64,000 nucleotides of DNA from Callorhinchus milii (lineage: Eukaryota), in NCBI RefSeq assembly GCF_018977255.1, contig NW_024704743.1, forward strand, positions 103,542,001 through 103,606,000, written 5' to 3'. Each line of letters begins with the position of its first letter. The stretch's first letter is position 1. This document shows positions 49,689-62,674 of the stretch, piece after piece. The translations under genes were made by a program, and so were the position numbers. The notes under the pieces are model-generated. The model was given only the letters and a program-made list of their open reading frames with translations, did not search any database and was not told where the DNA came from.

Positions 49689-50807
49689 CATTTTATAATA
49701 TATGTAAAGCCATATTTTTGGAAAGCCTTGATTATTATTTCTTAAAAGAACTTTCAGAAGGCCAATCTCAAAACCAAGGCTATGTTTAAGAATCTTCAAA
49801 ATACTGAACAGAATTTAATCTAGACCCAAATGGAGTTTCTCCCTGGTGATGTGCTAATTATCACTACAATTATAACATCATAGAATATTTCACCTTGTCG
49901 ATGCCTACTTCCCTTCCCCCACCCAATTCTATCATAACGGTTTGGCCCAAAGCCATCCACGGATGCAATTGGTCTATGACAGAGTATTGAGCAGGACAAA
50001 GTTCGGACCCAGGAAATATCATATTCTATGCATGACCAGATTAAGGTATAATTTTTTCCAATTTGACCAATTTTGTTCTCTACCTGCCTTTTCCCCAGCT
50101 GTGTTTGCTTTGCGGAGGTAATTCCTTGTGAAATGAAGATTTGTACTTTTGAACCTTTCGCTTATTTTTTCTTTGGAAAGCCTCTTTCTTTTATCTTTTG
50201 CTTTGATAGTTTTAATGCATGAGGTAACATGCTCTGAAGCAAACTGACACCAAACATTCAAGTCCCTTATTTCTTCAGTTTGTTAGTTTTTTTTAATTGA
50301 TCTTACCCAGCAATAAAACAGTGCCAAAATGTTGGTTGAATGGATTTGGCAGGCAGTATTTTGTTTATTGGCGTGTGTTATTTGTAAGATGTCTGAAACC
50401 ATTTGTGTTTTGCTCTTAGATCTTTGGAATCACTTGTGTGCTGTTGTTCCTTTGACTATTTCTGAAGTCAAGTGGTCTGGGATGCTGCCTTGCGTGAAGG
50501 GCGATATAAAAGTGCAAGTTCTTGTTGTTGTTGTTGTTTTTGCATTTCCATATTATCATTATATTTTCACCATGCTTTCCTAATATCTCTGAAGTTTAAT
50601 ATTTGTGAGCAGTTTCATCCACTGGAATATGAGCATTTATTAGTTTTTTTGGATTTGTTTTGCTCCTCAAGATACCGTACTGTTTTAATCATTGCTAAAG
50701 AGTGTGGCAGTAATGATAATAATCCTTGCATTTGATATTGTGCCTTTCATACAAGGAGGACGTATCAAAGCATTTCAAAGATCTTATCTGTGAGACAAAA
50801 GTTGGTA

Positions 50808-51113
50808 GCGGTCTCCGGCCTGCTTCACGTCCCCGCCTCGCTCACTCCACTATTGGTGGGCGGGCCTTCTGACCCCACCCTCTGGAACTGCATCCCGCAG
50901 ATCCTCCACCTTGCCCCTTCCCTTGCCACCTTCAAGACCCATCTCAAGACCCTCCTCTTCGACCGTGCTTTTGATCTCCCTGCTTCCCCCCCTGCCCTCC
51001 ACCCTCCCTGATCCCGAACCCCAGCTTAGGCCATAACTCTGTCTGTCCAGCGCCTTGGGATGTCCTAGTGACGTGAAAGGCGCTTTACAAATGTAATTTT
51101 GTTGTTGTTGTTG
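50808..51113 (+). mobile_element. L2 LINE 3' fragment inserted in a SINE head
   Basis: L2 end with (TTG)n; GTAGC on both flanks; SINE continues at 51114. Confidence 0.88.
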
Positions 51114-51862
51114 TAGCCCTATTGCCTTTGAGGCAGAAAGTTGTGGGTTCAAACCCCACGTTGGGACTTTGAACTCAAATACCTGAAACCGTAGTGAAGC
51201 TTGGAGAGCACTATTTCATTCTGGACGTGCATCTTCCAATTGAAATGTTCAACCAAGATCCCATCTGCCTTCTCAGATAGATTTAGAAATTCCATGGAGC
51301 ACTCAAAAAGGAGAAGGGAGTTCCTCCCAGTGTCCTGGCCAACAAAATTGGTAATTTACTTCGCTGTTTCTAGGACATTGTCATACCAAATTGGCAGATA
51401 GCCTAAAAAAAAACAGTCATTTATAGTAAATTCTGTGAAGAGCTTTGTGTGTCAACCTGGCTAAGAGTAGCATTCTCGCTTCTGAGGCAAAAGGTTCAGG
51501 CCCCACATCAGGACTTGCAATCATATTGTCTAAGATAACAATACAATAAAGTGCTGGGGGTGAGTTGCATTGACCGAGATGAAGTTAAATTGAAGTCCTA
51601 TCTGCCTGTTCAGGTGGATGTTAAAGATCCCAATGCACTATTTGGATGGAGAATAGAGTTTATCCTGGGGTCCTGGCCAACAAATCCCTCTAATAAAATT
51701 GGTCACTCACTCCACGGTTGTTGGTGGGATACTGCTGTGTGCAAACTGGCTGCTGCATTTTGCCCACAAAAGACAAAGTCAATCCACTTTATGATATTGT
51801 ACATCTTGTGAAGAGCAATGGCATGATAAGGCCCTATACCAAATACAAGGATAATTGTTATT
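51114..51862 (+). mobile_element. Two tandem older Deu-domain SINEs
   Basis: Two heads (near 51114 and 51450) and two Deu cores (near 51235 and 51578). Confidence 0.8.
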
Positions 51863-52098
51863 TTAATTTTAAACAGCCTCCAACACTACAAAAACATAAC
51901 ACAACATTGCTATGCTTCAAGTCCCACTCATTTGAACTCCAGACTTCAATGAACTAAAATTCCAGACTTGGAACGGTTGGGCATCCTGTATTACTTGGAA
52001 CTGGAGTAAGGAAAGACAGAGCCTGCCAAACAAAATGTATTAAATATAGTATTGGGTTTTCAGATACTTTAGCAGAAACTGTCAACATCTGGAATATT

Positions 52099-52545
52099 CA
52101 GCACAGCCACCTTGCTCATCAGCAGGACTTGGAAGTGCAGACCAGTTACTGGGGGCAAGGAATCCTCCCACTCAGCTCTGTTAACCCTGCAAGCCAAAGC
52201 CCTAATGGGTAGTGTTGTCCGAGCTGGACAAGCAGCAGGAAAGCTTGCCAGACACTGCTATCAATGGCAAGCTATGCAGCTTTAGCTGGTTGGACTCCAG
52301 CAATCCCTCAGTGCATTCTCTGGGGTCCCCAAGCCTTGGCTCTTGCCAACCTACGCCTAATACCTTCCAGAATAGATAAGTAGAATGCGTTCCTCCTGGG
52401 AGAGAATGCACATTCATTCCAATAACTTACCTCTGGAACCTCCATGTGTAGGTTGGATGCATGGAATTCTCAGTTTGGTTTGGATACTCTTAAGCATGGT
52501 GATGGGTTTCCGCATGTGTCAGACACCCAACTGACCAAAACAAAA
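52099..52545 (+). repeat. Unclassified interspersed repeat, copy 3
   Basis: Aligns with 25075-25250 (minus) and 31910-32255 (plus). Confidence 0.8.
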
Positions 52546-53049
52546 TTGAATATTCAGGCTAGTTATGGAAGGATATTTATTTTGTAAGTTAACAATATCA
52601 GCCCAGGAGAGATGAGGATGAATCATTTTTAATTAAATCCACATTTTTTTGAGGAGAGAGTAGAGGTTGAGCCCCTGTTAGCCCCTGTTATGATGTTGGT
52701 AATATTAATATCTAATGTTTGGAAATCCTCATTTGCCCATCAAATGAAAGACAGGAATTCCCCTCCACCCTCACAGCATGCATTTGGATAAATAGTTGGA
52801 ATGGATAGGTATCAGATTGCTTTACTTCATATCCAAGTTAATCATATACCCCGAATACATGCTGATCATTTCAATCACTCTCAGCAGATCAAAGAGAGGG
52901 TTCAGTGGCTTGCTAATATACTGGAAGTTATTTATATAAAGCAATATCTAGTGCACTTGATTATTGACATGAGAATTAGAATTACTGGGTTTGGTTTAAC
53001 TTCTATGCATTCTACCATTAGAGTGAAATGTAGGAGGAGCTGTTGAGAC

Positions 53050-53320
53050 ACGTCGGGGGGTGTGCCTTCAGTCTCTTTGCCCCACCCTTTGGAACTCCAT
53101 CCCACATTCCTTTTGCCTCACTTCCTCCTTTGCTTCCTTCAAGGCAAGGCTCAAGACCAGCTTCTTCAACCTTGCCTTCAGCCTCCCTCCTCCCCGTCCT
53201 GCCCTCCACCTTCGCTTATCCCAAAACTGCTGCTCGTGTCCAAATACCTGGCTGTACAGAACCTTGAGACATCCTTTCGACATGAAAGGCACTATACAAA
53301 TATAATTTTGTACTGTATTG
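53050..53320 (+). mobile_element. L2 LINE 3' fragment
   Basis: PTLWNSIPHS...FKARLKTSFF peptide; tail GACATGAAAGGCACTATACAAAT. Confidence 0.88.
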
Positions 53321-53609
53321 TATGTTCCTTCTTTCTAAACACAAAACAATGAAGAAATAGCTCTACAATAATAGGGGTGGACTACTGCTCTCATGGTCTA
53401 ATGACACTTTGGATTTGTCAATTAATGTAAGTCTCACAGAAAATTGATCACTGAAGCCAAATTTTCAGGAAATGTAGAAATGGTTATCGCCAGTTGAAGG
53501 AATTTTCAGGATCTGTGTAGATATTTAGAGCTTGCTGTTATGTTTATTGTGTGGAGTGAAGCAAAATATTTAAAAGCCTCCTCACAATGTTAAACTGGGA
53601 CATTGTTTG

Positions 53610-54018
53610 TGTGTCAGCCTCGTTCATCTGGTAACAAGCTTGCCTCTGAGCTAAGAAGGTTTTGGGTTCAAGCCCCGCATTGGGACTTAGAACTCATACA
53701 GTTCAAGCTGACACTCCAATGCAAGGCTGCTTTTGGGGGTGGAGTGGGGGGATGGGGTTGCATTGATGGATCATTGCAGGTGGATGTTAAAGATCCCTTG
53801 GTACTATTTGGAAAAAGAAGGGAGTTTCTCCCGTTATTGCCCGGTCAACAAATCCTCCAAATAAAATTGGTCATGGTTGTTTGTGGGGCATTGCCTATGT
53901 GCAAAATTGACGGCTGTATTTGCTTACAGTCACTGCACTTTACAGTATATCCTCTGAAGGGCCTTGGGACATCCTCCTGACGTGAAAGGCCCTATATCAA
54001 ATTGTAAGGATTATTATT
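53610..54018 (+). mobile_element. Older Deu-domain SINE, full length
   Basis: Head GTGTCAGCC, core CAGGTGGATGTTAAAGATCCC, tail GGGACATCCTCCTGACGTGAAAGGC. Confidence 0.85.
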
Positions 54019-54714
54019 AACAATGTTGCTGCATCAAACTTGATCAAGATTTAACTTGGTGAAAACTGTTGGACGCGGCTCTTTCTTCCCAGCCCTACAT
54101 ATTGGCTTAAAACTTCAAAGCACAATTGAAAGGGAAACTGAGCAGCAAAAGCGCAATTCCTTTTCTTAATCAGCCAACTTTCCACTTCCTGAAGTGTGTT
54201 TGACAACATTCCAGACACCCAAATGAACCAGTTATAGATGGGCTGGGAAATCCTGGCCAGGGCTGCTTGTAGTTTTTGCATCCACATTCAATCTCTCCAG
54301 CAAATGTGCTGTCAGTACACATCAAATATAGAATACAATTGATTAAAGATGACAAATTCTCCCCTTTTTGTAACTAGTTATTTTACAGGTCCGCTCAGGC
54401 CTATTATAAGAGCATCCACATTGGAACAAACTCTTCGATGATCCATCATGGAACCAATATTTCTTTCCAGGGGTTCTGCAAAGCTAACTGTATATCACAT
54501 CCTGTTGTCAGTGGAATGGAATAGTGAAAAAGCACCACACAATCCCATTTCTGAAAATGGAGTATTACTTTTCATTTGGAAGGGTTTCTTGTAAGAGCAA
54601 GAACTGGTAGCCCTATTAATAGACATACGATTGATAGGAAATGGGGCAACTGAGTCAGAGGGTTTAACAAACAGTGGGACTTTCCAATTACAGTCTCAGC
54701 TAATATTGCAATAC

Positions 54715-55035
54715 ATTACCCAGGGTGCTGTCGGACGTGCCATCCTTCAAAAGAGATATTAAACTGACGCCCCATCTGTCTGTTTAGATGGACATTAAAT
54801 ATCCTGTGGTACTATTCAAAAATAGAAAAGGGAATTTCTCCCAGTGTCCTGATCAACAATCTTCCAGATGAAATTAGACATTTCACTTCCTAGTTATTTG
54901 GGGGATATTGCTGTGCGTGTTCATGTTGTTGTGTTCACCTATAAATACATAATCACTGCACTTTACAATTCCTGTGTAATTCATCTAAAGTTCATTGAGA
55001 CATCTCAAAACATGATAAGGTACCATATTGAATGC
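54715..55035 (+). mobile_element. Older Deu-domain SINE
   Basis: GAGATATTAAACTGACGCCCCATCTGTCTG core and tail. Confidence 0.8.
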
Positions 55036-55430
55036 AATGATTATTGTTATTATTAGAATTGTGCAGCAAAAAACTTGCTTTTCTCTACGTATATTGACAA
55101 GGATTTCGTAAGATCCACCTGGACAAAATCAAGCAGAGATATGCAGTCAATCATATCCTAAATTTCAACGACATAATGCACAGTCACTACACTTTACACT
55201 AAGTTTTGTGAAGCACTCTGAAATGTCCTTCCAGGATGAAAGGCAGAATATTAATTGCAAGGATGATCATTGTTTTTGTTAGATTATTGAGTTGCTAATT
55301 TTGTACAGGATCAAGAGCAAACATTGACATTTCATTCTGGAGATTCAGTCACATTCCCCTGTGCCACTCTTGGTATACTGTACTGTGTGGGATCTCTCAA
55401 CAGGAGCTCCGCTCCATTAATGAGCTACAG

Positions 55431-55744
55431 ATAATAATAATCCTTGCATTTGATATAATGCTTTTCACGTTTTCTAGATGGCTCAAAGCACTTCACAGAA
55501 TATACTGTAAAGTGAATTGACTCTATATTTGTGGGTGAAACGTGGCAGCCAATTGTGCACAACAGTGTCCCCCAAACAAACGTGGATTGAAGTGACCAAT
55601 TTATTATTGCTTTTTGTTTTCTTGAGGGATTATTATCAGGTGTGTGGAATAAGGAAACTTGTCCAAGGTTTTGCCCTGCTGGGAATCAAACCCAGGTCTC
55701 TCGCTTGTAAGACGAGTGCTCCAACCACTGAGCTACAGGACTCC
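55431..55744 (-). mobile_element. Full-length young tRNA-headed SINE (short variant)
   Basis: Reverse complement of the 22102 family, ending ACCACTGAGCTACAGGACTCC. Confidence 0.92.
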
Positions 55745-56639
55745 ACAAAGATCTCCGAGAAGAAGGAAAATATAAATTTTGTCACCAATTATGAAAGAAC
55801 ATTAAAAGCAAATCCACCAAAAATTACTTGTAATTATCTTTTCCAAACATTGTAAAAGATTGCTTGCCTGGGAATCAGTGTCAACTATATAAAGTAAGAA
55901 ATATTAAAGTTTCACTTTTTTGTAACTAAGGAACTATTCACAATCATAAAGTGACTGCAAATAATTTTAACATGAAATTCATTTCATGCAACATAACTAA
56001 CTGGGTGAAATAATTTCATCTGCTTTCTAAAACCAAACAGATTGGCCAAGATAAACACAGTGAACAGCAAGTACATGCATTGGTTATATTTCAGTCTTAA
56101 TGTACTTGGCAATTTTATTTTGGAACTAAATTTATTTCATCTATTTTATCATGATCAAATCTAGAAATGACATTCTTCAGAGAAAATTATGCCTATATTT
56201 CTTAACAGTACTCTGAATTTTTTTTGAATTTCTTTAATAACCTTTTGAAGGATTGTACGGATTCTATAAATGTAGCAGCCTGAAACTGCAAACATGATTA
56301 CCTCTGACAACACAGCAAGGGCATGCTGATCAGCTACCAGCAGCTGCTTGTTATCAGTCTATCAATTAATGTCTGTCCATAGTGATAAAAAGGTATTGAA
56401 TTATTAATAATTCTTGCATGTGATATATCTGCAAAACATAATATTGATAATGTGGTCACTCAATCTGAAACTGTTTGTGGGGCACTACTGGGCACAATTG
56501 CCACATTTCACCCACAAAATTCACTTTACATTATATTCTGTGAAGCGCTTTGAGACGTTTCAACAAGGTAATAAGCAGCTGCATCAAATGCAAGGATTAT
56601 TATTATTTCATGTAAGGAGGCCATCTTAAAGCTCTTCAG

Positions 56640-57440
56640 GGAAGTGTGAGATCATCCACCATGGACCTAATATTTTCTTAATGGGGAGAAATTAAAAACT
56701 GTGGAGGAGCAAAGAGATTTGGGTGTCTATATTCACGAATCACTAAAAACTAGTTCCCAGTTGCAAAAAGTAATCAAAAAGGCGAATGGAATGTTGGCCC
56801 TTATCTCAAGGGGCCTGGAATACAAAAGGGGAAGAAATGATGCTTCAGCTGTATAGAGCATTAGTCAGATCTCCATCTGCAGACCTGTGTTCAGTTTTGG
56901 GCACCACACCTCAGGAAAGATATATTGGCCTGGAGGGGGTGCAGCGTAGGTTCACCAAATGTTACCAGGCCTAAAAGAGTTAAGTTACAAGGAAAGGCTG
57001 CGTAAACTTGATTTGTATTCCCTTGAGTTTAGAAGGTTGAGGGGTGATTTGATTGAGATATTTAAGATGATAAAGTGATTTGATAGGGTAGATACAGCGA
57101 AGCTACTTCCTCTGGTGGGGGAATCCAAAACAAGGGGACATAGTCTTAAAATTAGAACCAGGCCATTTAAGAGTGAAATCAGGAAAAAGAATTTCACTCA
57201 GAGGGTGGTACAAATCTGGAATTCTCTCCCCCAAAAGGCGGATGATGCTGGATCCATCCACACCTTCAAGAGTGAGGTTGATGGATTTTTGGACGGTCAG
57301 GGTATTAAGGGATATGGGGAGAAAGCGGGAAATTGGAATTGAAAGGATTAGTTGAGGTACAGATCAGCCATGATCTAATTAAGTGGTGGAACAGGCTCGA
57401 AGGGCTGAAAGACCGCCTCCTGTTCCTATGTTCCTATGTT
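56640..57440 (+). mobile_element. CR1 LINE 3' fragment
   Basis: MLQLYRALVR, LEGVQRRFT and TRGHSLKI...FTQRVVQIWNSLP peptides; tail (GTTCCTAT)n. Confidence 0.92.
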
Positions 57441-58399
57441 CACAGGATTTGCTGTAAAGTGTTGTCACTGTGTATTTTGTAGGTGAATGTGGCAGACAAT
57501 TTGCACAAAGCAACGACTCACAAACAGCCATGAAGTGAATGACCAACTTTATTTGGGGCTGTCTTTAAGGAGCTCCTGATTAGATGTGACAGCAAAGCAC
57601 ATATTTTTACATGAATCTTCCCACATGCCTTTTCATTTTCCAGACCTCTCAAGACCATTAGAATTCAGCACATAATCCATAATCACTTGTCAGGCCACAA
57701 AATCAACCTGTAAAACATTCTTTAATGAGGGAGGCAGACCCAGTTAACATCACAAAGCTGTCAGCAAAGTCTGAAATAATCTCAGTGCAGCTGCAGTTAT
57801 TTTTGTGGATCAATGGTCCCACTCACACACAGAACGGCTTACCACATCTTATAAAAGGGAATGCACCTGGGCTTAGGTGCCAATGGCTAACAAGAAGCCA
57901 AGCATTCATTCACAAGGTCAATGCCTCTTTTGATACCAACAGCTGGGATTCCTCAGGAGTTATTTTTATTGTATCAGACACAACACTTATAGTTTTAGGT
58001 CCTTGTGGATTATAAGGCACTCATCAAAAACACACCAATTAACTGCACTCTTTTAGTACCTCCAATGAAACACCTGTATGATGGCAAGGAGATTGCTGAT
58101 CTTTAAAAATATACCCATCTCATTTTCAAACCTCTCACATGGCCCAAATTAGTTGTTTTACGCTCCCCACATTGTCACAGATCGACTTAATTGTGTGATT
58201 TGCAGATATGAATGACAGCAGGGAGCAGTGCTTGATAGAATTCTGCACATAATTCAGTGTCTGGGGTTTTCCGAGACTGCAGAGTGCCGTTTAGCATCTT
58301 GTCAAATAAGATTGACAGGAAGGGGTGGCATTTAAATACTCTTCTGAGTAGGAGTAAAAAGAGTACTCTATCAAGTACATGGTTTTTGTGCATTAGAAG

Positions 58400-58770
58400 T
58401 CTCTGTCTAGAGATGAGACAATTGAGAGTAAACGTGGCGGAGCTGTTTAAGATGATGAAAGAATTCGATAAGATGGGGTTTAATAGGTTGTTTCCATTTG
58501 TTGGTTGGTCCAAAATAAGTAAATAAATATAAGACACCCAGTAGTACACATGAAAGAGAGTTTAGAGGAACTTCTTTATGCAGAGTACGGTGAGAACGGG
58601 AAACTCACCACCGGAAGATGTGGATCAAGTCATCAATGTATTTACAGGATACTTCATGCATACATGAGAGAGCAGAGATTAGGAGGGGAGGTTTGTGTAG
58701 AGTATAAGCTCCAGCATAGAATGGCCTCACTCTGTGTCCTATTATTCTGTGTAATTCTGTGCTATTCTAA
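58400..58770 (+). mobile_element. Degraded CR1 3' end
   Basis: LEMRQLRVNVAELFKMMKEFD...LFPFVG; tail (ATTCTGTG)-like. Confidence 0.75.
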
Positions 58771-58809
58771 GGGCTGTGGTCATTTGCAACTCCTGTAAGA
58801 TTTTTAGAA

Positions 58810-58995
58810 CATAAACAACAAACACAACAACAAAATTACATTTGTACAGCGCCTTTCACATTGGGAGGATGTCCCAAGGTGTTGGACAATCAATGTTTCG
58901 GACCCGAGCTGGGGGTCGGGATCAGGAAGGGTAGAGAGCAGGGGGGGAAGGAGGATGACTGAAGGCCCGGTCGAAGAGGAGGATCTTGAAGGAAA
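58810..58995 (-). mobile_element. L2 LINE 3' end
   Basis: (CAA)n, AGCGCCTTTCACATTGGGAGGATGTCCCAAGG. Confidence 0.88.
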
Positions 58996-60029
58996 CAAAT
59001 GATAATATGAAAGTCATAAATGTTTTGGGATACTAGACTGCAAATATATTTATCTTACTTAAAAAGGTCAACGAGATGTTTCCCCAGCCTTAAGGAAGGC
59101 CTACTACAAACGGAAAAGTTTCTTAGATGCCAGAATGTATCTGCCACTTATTATGATGGCTGTATTGGGAACTGAAATAACAAAGGTAATGATAGAAACA
59201 AATTTGCAACCCCCGCCAAGTAAAATAACTTATGGCTCTGGGTGTTTTACCTGGGAGTTGGCTGCCTATTCTGGCCACACTGCACATTGATAAGAACAGA
59301 ATTCTTAGCATCATGCTGTAGAAGTGAACCTTATGAGTCAATATTTCTCTTCCAAAGAAAACATTTGCATACTAAAATCAATTTTGACAATTCAGGGCAA
59401 TGTTTTTCAGTGAACCAAAAATCACCAGTGCCAATCAAACTATTGTGTTGTGACTGGAACAGCAGCCAATATCGAGAATAGAGACCGAAATACAGTAGTG
59501 AAGTATTTATTTTCTACTCTTCTGTTTCCATGAAAAATGAAAGCTTATTTGCAGCCTGTATTTTGTGCATTATACATGTTTCAACAATAATAAGAATAAT
59601 AAACGTTGCATTTGATATTGCAGTTTATTACATTATTGAAACAACTTAAAGCGTTTCACAGGATATATTTGAAGTGTAGTGACTGTGTATTTGTAGGCGA
59701 ACGTGACAAGCAATTTACAGCAACAGAAAAATGAGTTAATCATTCCAACGTGTTTATTATCTATCTGATATTCAATTCTCAATTTCAGTCTCTGCATAAG
59801 CTATAGGTCCATTCCCACCAAGATTGAATGATTGGCCCCGATATGAATAGAACTGAGTGATTCTTCACCAAGAGAAGAAACGTTTGTGTCATGTGTTGCA
59901 ATTAATTACATTATATTCCATTTTTTACCAAGGTAAGATGCTTTTTAATTTGCTCTTGAATAAGGGAACTCTTATGCAACCAATGGCAGATGGCAGATGT
60001 GCATTGAAAGCTTGCAGGAGTGAATGTTT

Positions 60030-60450
60030 AATAATATTCCTTGCATTTGATATTGTGTCTTATCATATTATTGAAAAGTCTCACAGCACTTCACTGGATT
60101 TACTATAAAGGTATATTTATTTCAGACTGAATTTGTAGGCAAACACAGCTGATTTTCACAGCAATGTCCCACAAAGTTATGAAGTGAAGATTTGGAGGAT
60201 TTGGGCTTGGATAAACGTATAAACTTCCCTCTCTTTTCAAATAGTGCCATTGGATTTTTAGCACTAGATAGGCAGACACAAGTTTGGTTAAATGTCTCCT
60301 CTGAACAACAACACCTCTGAAACTGCAGCACACCTGCAGCACTGCACTGCAGAGTCAGCCTAGACTTTTATCTCAAAGTCTCAAAGTGGTTCTTGAACTC
60401 ACAATCTTCTGACTTGGAGACTAGGGTACAATCAACTAAGCCAGGCTGCT
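60030..60450 (-). mobile_element. Older Deu-domain SINE, full length
   Basis: Tail CCTTGCATTTGATA, CAGCAATGTCCCACAAA, head AGCCAGGCTG. Confidence 0.82.
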
Positions 60451-60984
60451 TGGCTTGTGCATGTTGTTATATAGAATCTTAGAGAGTTTACAGCATAGAA
60501 GTAGGTGGCTCAGCCCATTGTGAATGCCAGAGCTAGCTCCCCATAACTGTATCGCAGTACTATATGTACAATTAAAATATGTATACGTGCAATTTTATAA
60601 TTCAATTACAATTTTTTCTAAATATGTAGCAATAAATTTGTTTCACTCATGGACGGGAGCAAGATACCTCTTTGGTGTTCAATATATTAGAATCACAGAA
60701 AATTTATGGCACAAAGCAAGTTATTTGGCCCATTATGACTCTATTTGCTGTTCCACTGCTCTATCTTCATACCTGTTAATACAGTAAACTCCTCATAACT
60801 CATCACTCCAAGGGAAAAGGGCTCAGTGACAAGTTACCCGGAATGGCTTGTTAGGCATATACATATATACATATATGTATATATAAATACATGAATAAAT
60901 GCAGCCGGGATATTGACAGCATGAAGACTTAAGCAGTAGTGACATGTTAAGCCAGGGTTGAGTCAGAAGAAATTTATTGTTTCT

Positions 60985-61145
60985 CTCTATGTAAAAATAA
61001 TTTCTTCCAATTTCCATCTGTTTTAATGTTAGTGACAGTTTATGTACTTTTGTTAATGTCTTGCTCATCAGTGGAAATAGTCTTTCTCCATTTATGCTAT
61101 CAACCCTCTTCCTAATTTTGAAAACATCTATTAATATTAATCCTG
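60985..61145 (-). mobile_element. Degraded CR1 fragment
   Basis: LIDVFKIRKRVDSINGERLFPL peptide. Confidence 0.7.
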
Positions 61146-61717
61146 ACATTTGATAGTTTATCTGGATGATTATTGGGATGTCAGCTTCTTTGAATTGAAC
61201 TGCATCTTCAAAGACCTACATGTGGCTTGAACCTAAAACTTTTCTGAATCAGAGATGAGCGAGCTATCAACTGAACGAGACTGACACCTAGATCCATCTT
61301 TAAAGTTCTCTACTCGAAAGAAAGCCACTCTAACTTGGCAAGTCTCACATAAATATAATTTCTTAGTACTGGTACTATACTAATGCTATCAATTGGGTAA
61401 GATCTATACCTACCACAGGAGACTGTATGAGATTAAGGAGCAAACCTGCTCTGCTGTGATTGGGTTGGAGGATCAATATTAATTTGTTAGAGTAGACAAT
61501 AACAGACGATATAATTCCAGTTAATATATCTATAAAGTACTATGAACTGAGTAAAAAGTTAAAGATCACTTTAAATTTGCTATTGGCAATATTGATCAGA
61601 TCAGATTGGGCTCCTCAGTCTTGAAAGGAGACATGCTAGAGGGGATTTCATACAGGTATATACGATTTTAAATAGTATTGGGAAATCAAACCCAGAATAA
61701 TACTTTAATATGCTTAG

Positions 61718-62503
61718 AAACAAGAAAAACAACAAATTTACATTTGTATAGCGCCTTCACATCGGGAGGACGTCCCAAGGCGCTGGACAATTAATGTTTC
61801 AAGCCTGAGCTAGGGGTCAGAATTGGGGAAGGTAAAGGACAGGGGGGGAAGGAAGTTGACCAAAGTCACTGTCGAAGAGGAGGGTCTTGAGACGGGTCTT
61901 GAAGGAGGCAAGAGAGGGGTTGAGGCAGAGGAACTATGGAATGGAGTTCGAGAAAGTGGGGATAGAGTGGCAGAAGGCCACTGGTGGGGCAGGCAAGATG
62001 GGGATGTGAAGCAGGCCGGAGCCCTCTGAGTGGAGGGAGCAGCAGGTTGATAGAGGATTAGAAGGTTGCAGAGGTAGGGGGAGCAAGGCCATGGAGGGCT
62101 TTAAAGGTGAGGATCAAGATCTTGAACTGTATTCTATGTATGATGGGAAGTCAGAGGGGTCAGGTGAGGATGGGGTTGATAGGGTCTAGGTGCCTGATGC
62201 AGGAGAGGACGTGGGCTGCTGAGTTCTGGATGATCTGTAGCCTATGGAGGGAGGAGTTGGGGAGGACAACAAACAGGAGTTTGCGTTGTTGAGCCTGGAT
62301 ATTATGAATGCGTGTATGAGAGTCTCGGCAGTCTACGGTGTGAGACAATGGCGGAGTCGGGTGATGTTGCGGAGGTGGGGGAAGGCAGAGCGGGACATGC
62401 ACAGATGTGGGGTAGGAAGGAGAGTTGTGGGTCAAACAAGATGCCAAGGTTCCAGACTGGTTTAGTAAGGTGGAATGTGCATCTTTGGATGGTGATGCTG
62501 TAG
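61718..62503 (-). mobile_element. L2 LINE 3' fragment
   Basis: VWNLGILFDPQLSF and LHRLQIIQNSAA peptides; tail GGGAGGACGTCCCAAGGCGCTG. Confidence 0.92.
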
Positions 62504-62674
62504 TTCAGGACATATGTGCATGCGACCGCCAGGAAGGTGGAAGGCAAACTAGATGAACTTTGGTCTTTTTTCATCTAGCATTTCTTATGTACTTAAAAGT
62601 TGTTGTTGTTATTGCCTCTATATCAAATGCAATTATTACAAGTGCTTCGTTTCTATGGGTATTGAGGCTTTGTT

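Noticed and set aside
50019..50261. Lys/Arg-rich minus-strand ORF
   Set aside because: It is the antisense reading of + strand pyrimidine tracts.
52671..52690. Short tandem duplications (GCCCCTGTTA x2; also near 15045 and 33243)
   Set aside because: Ordinary slippage duplications with no further structure.
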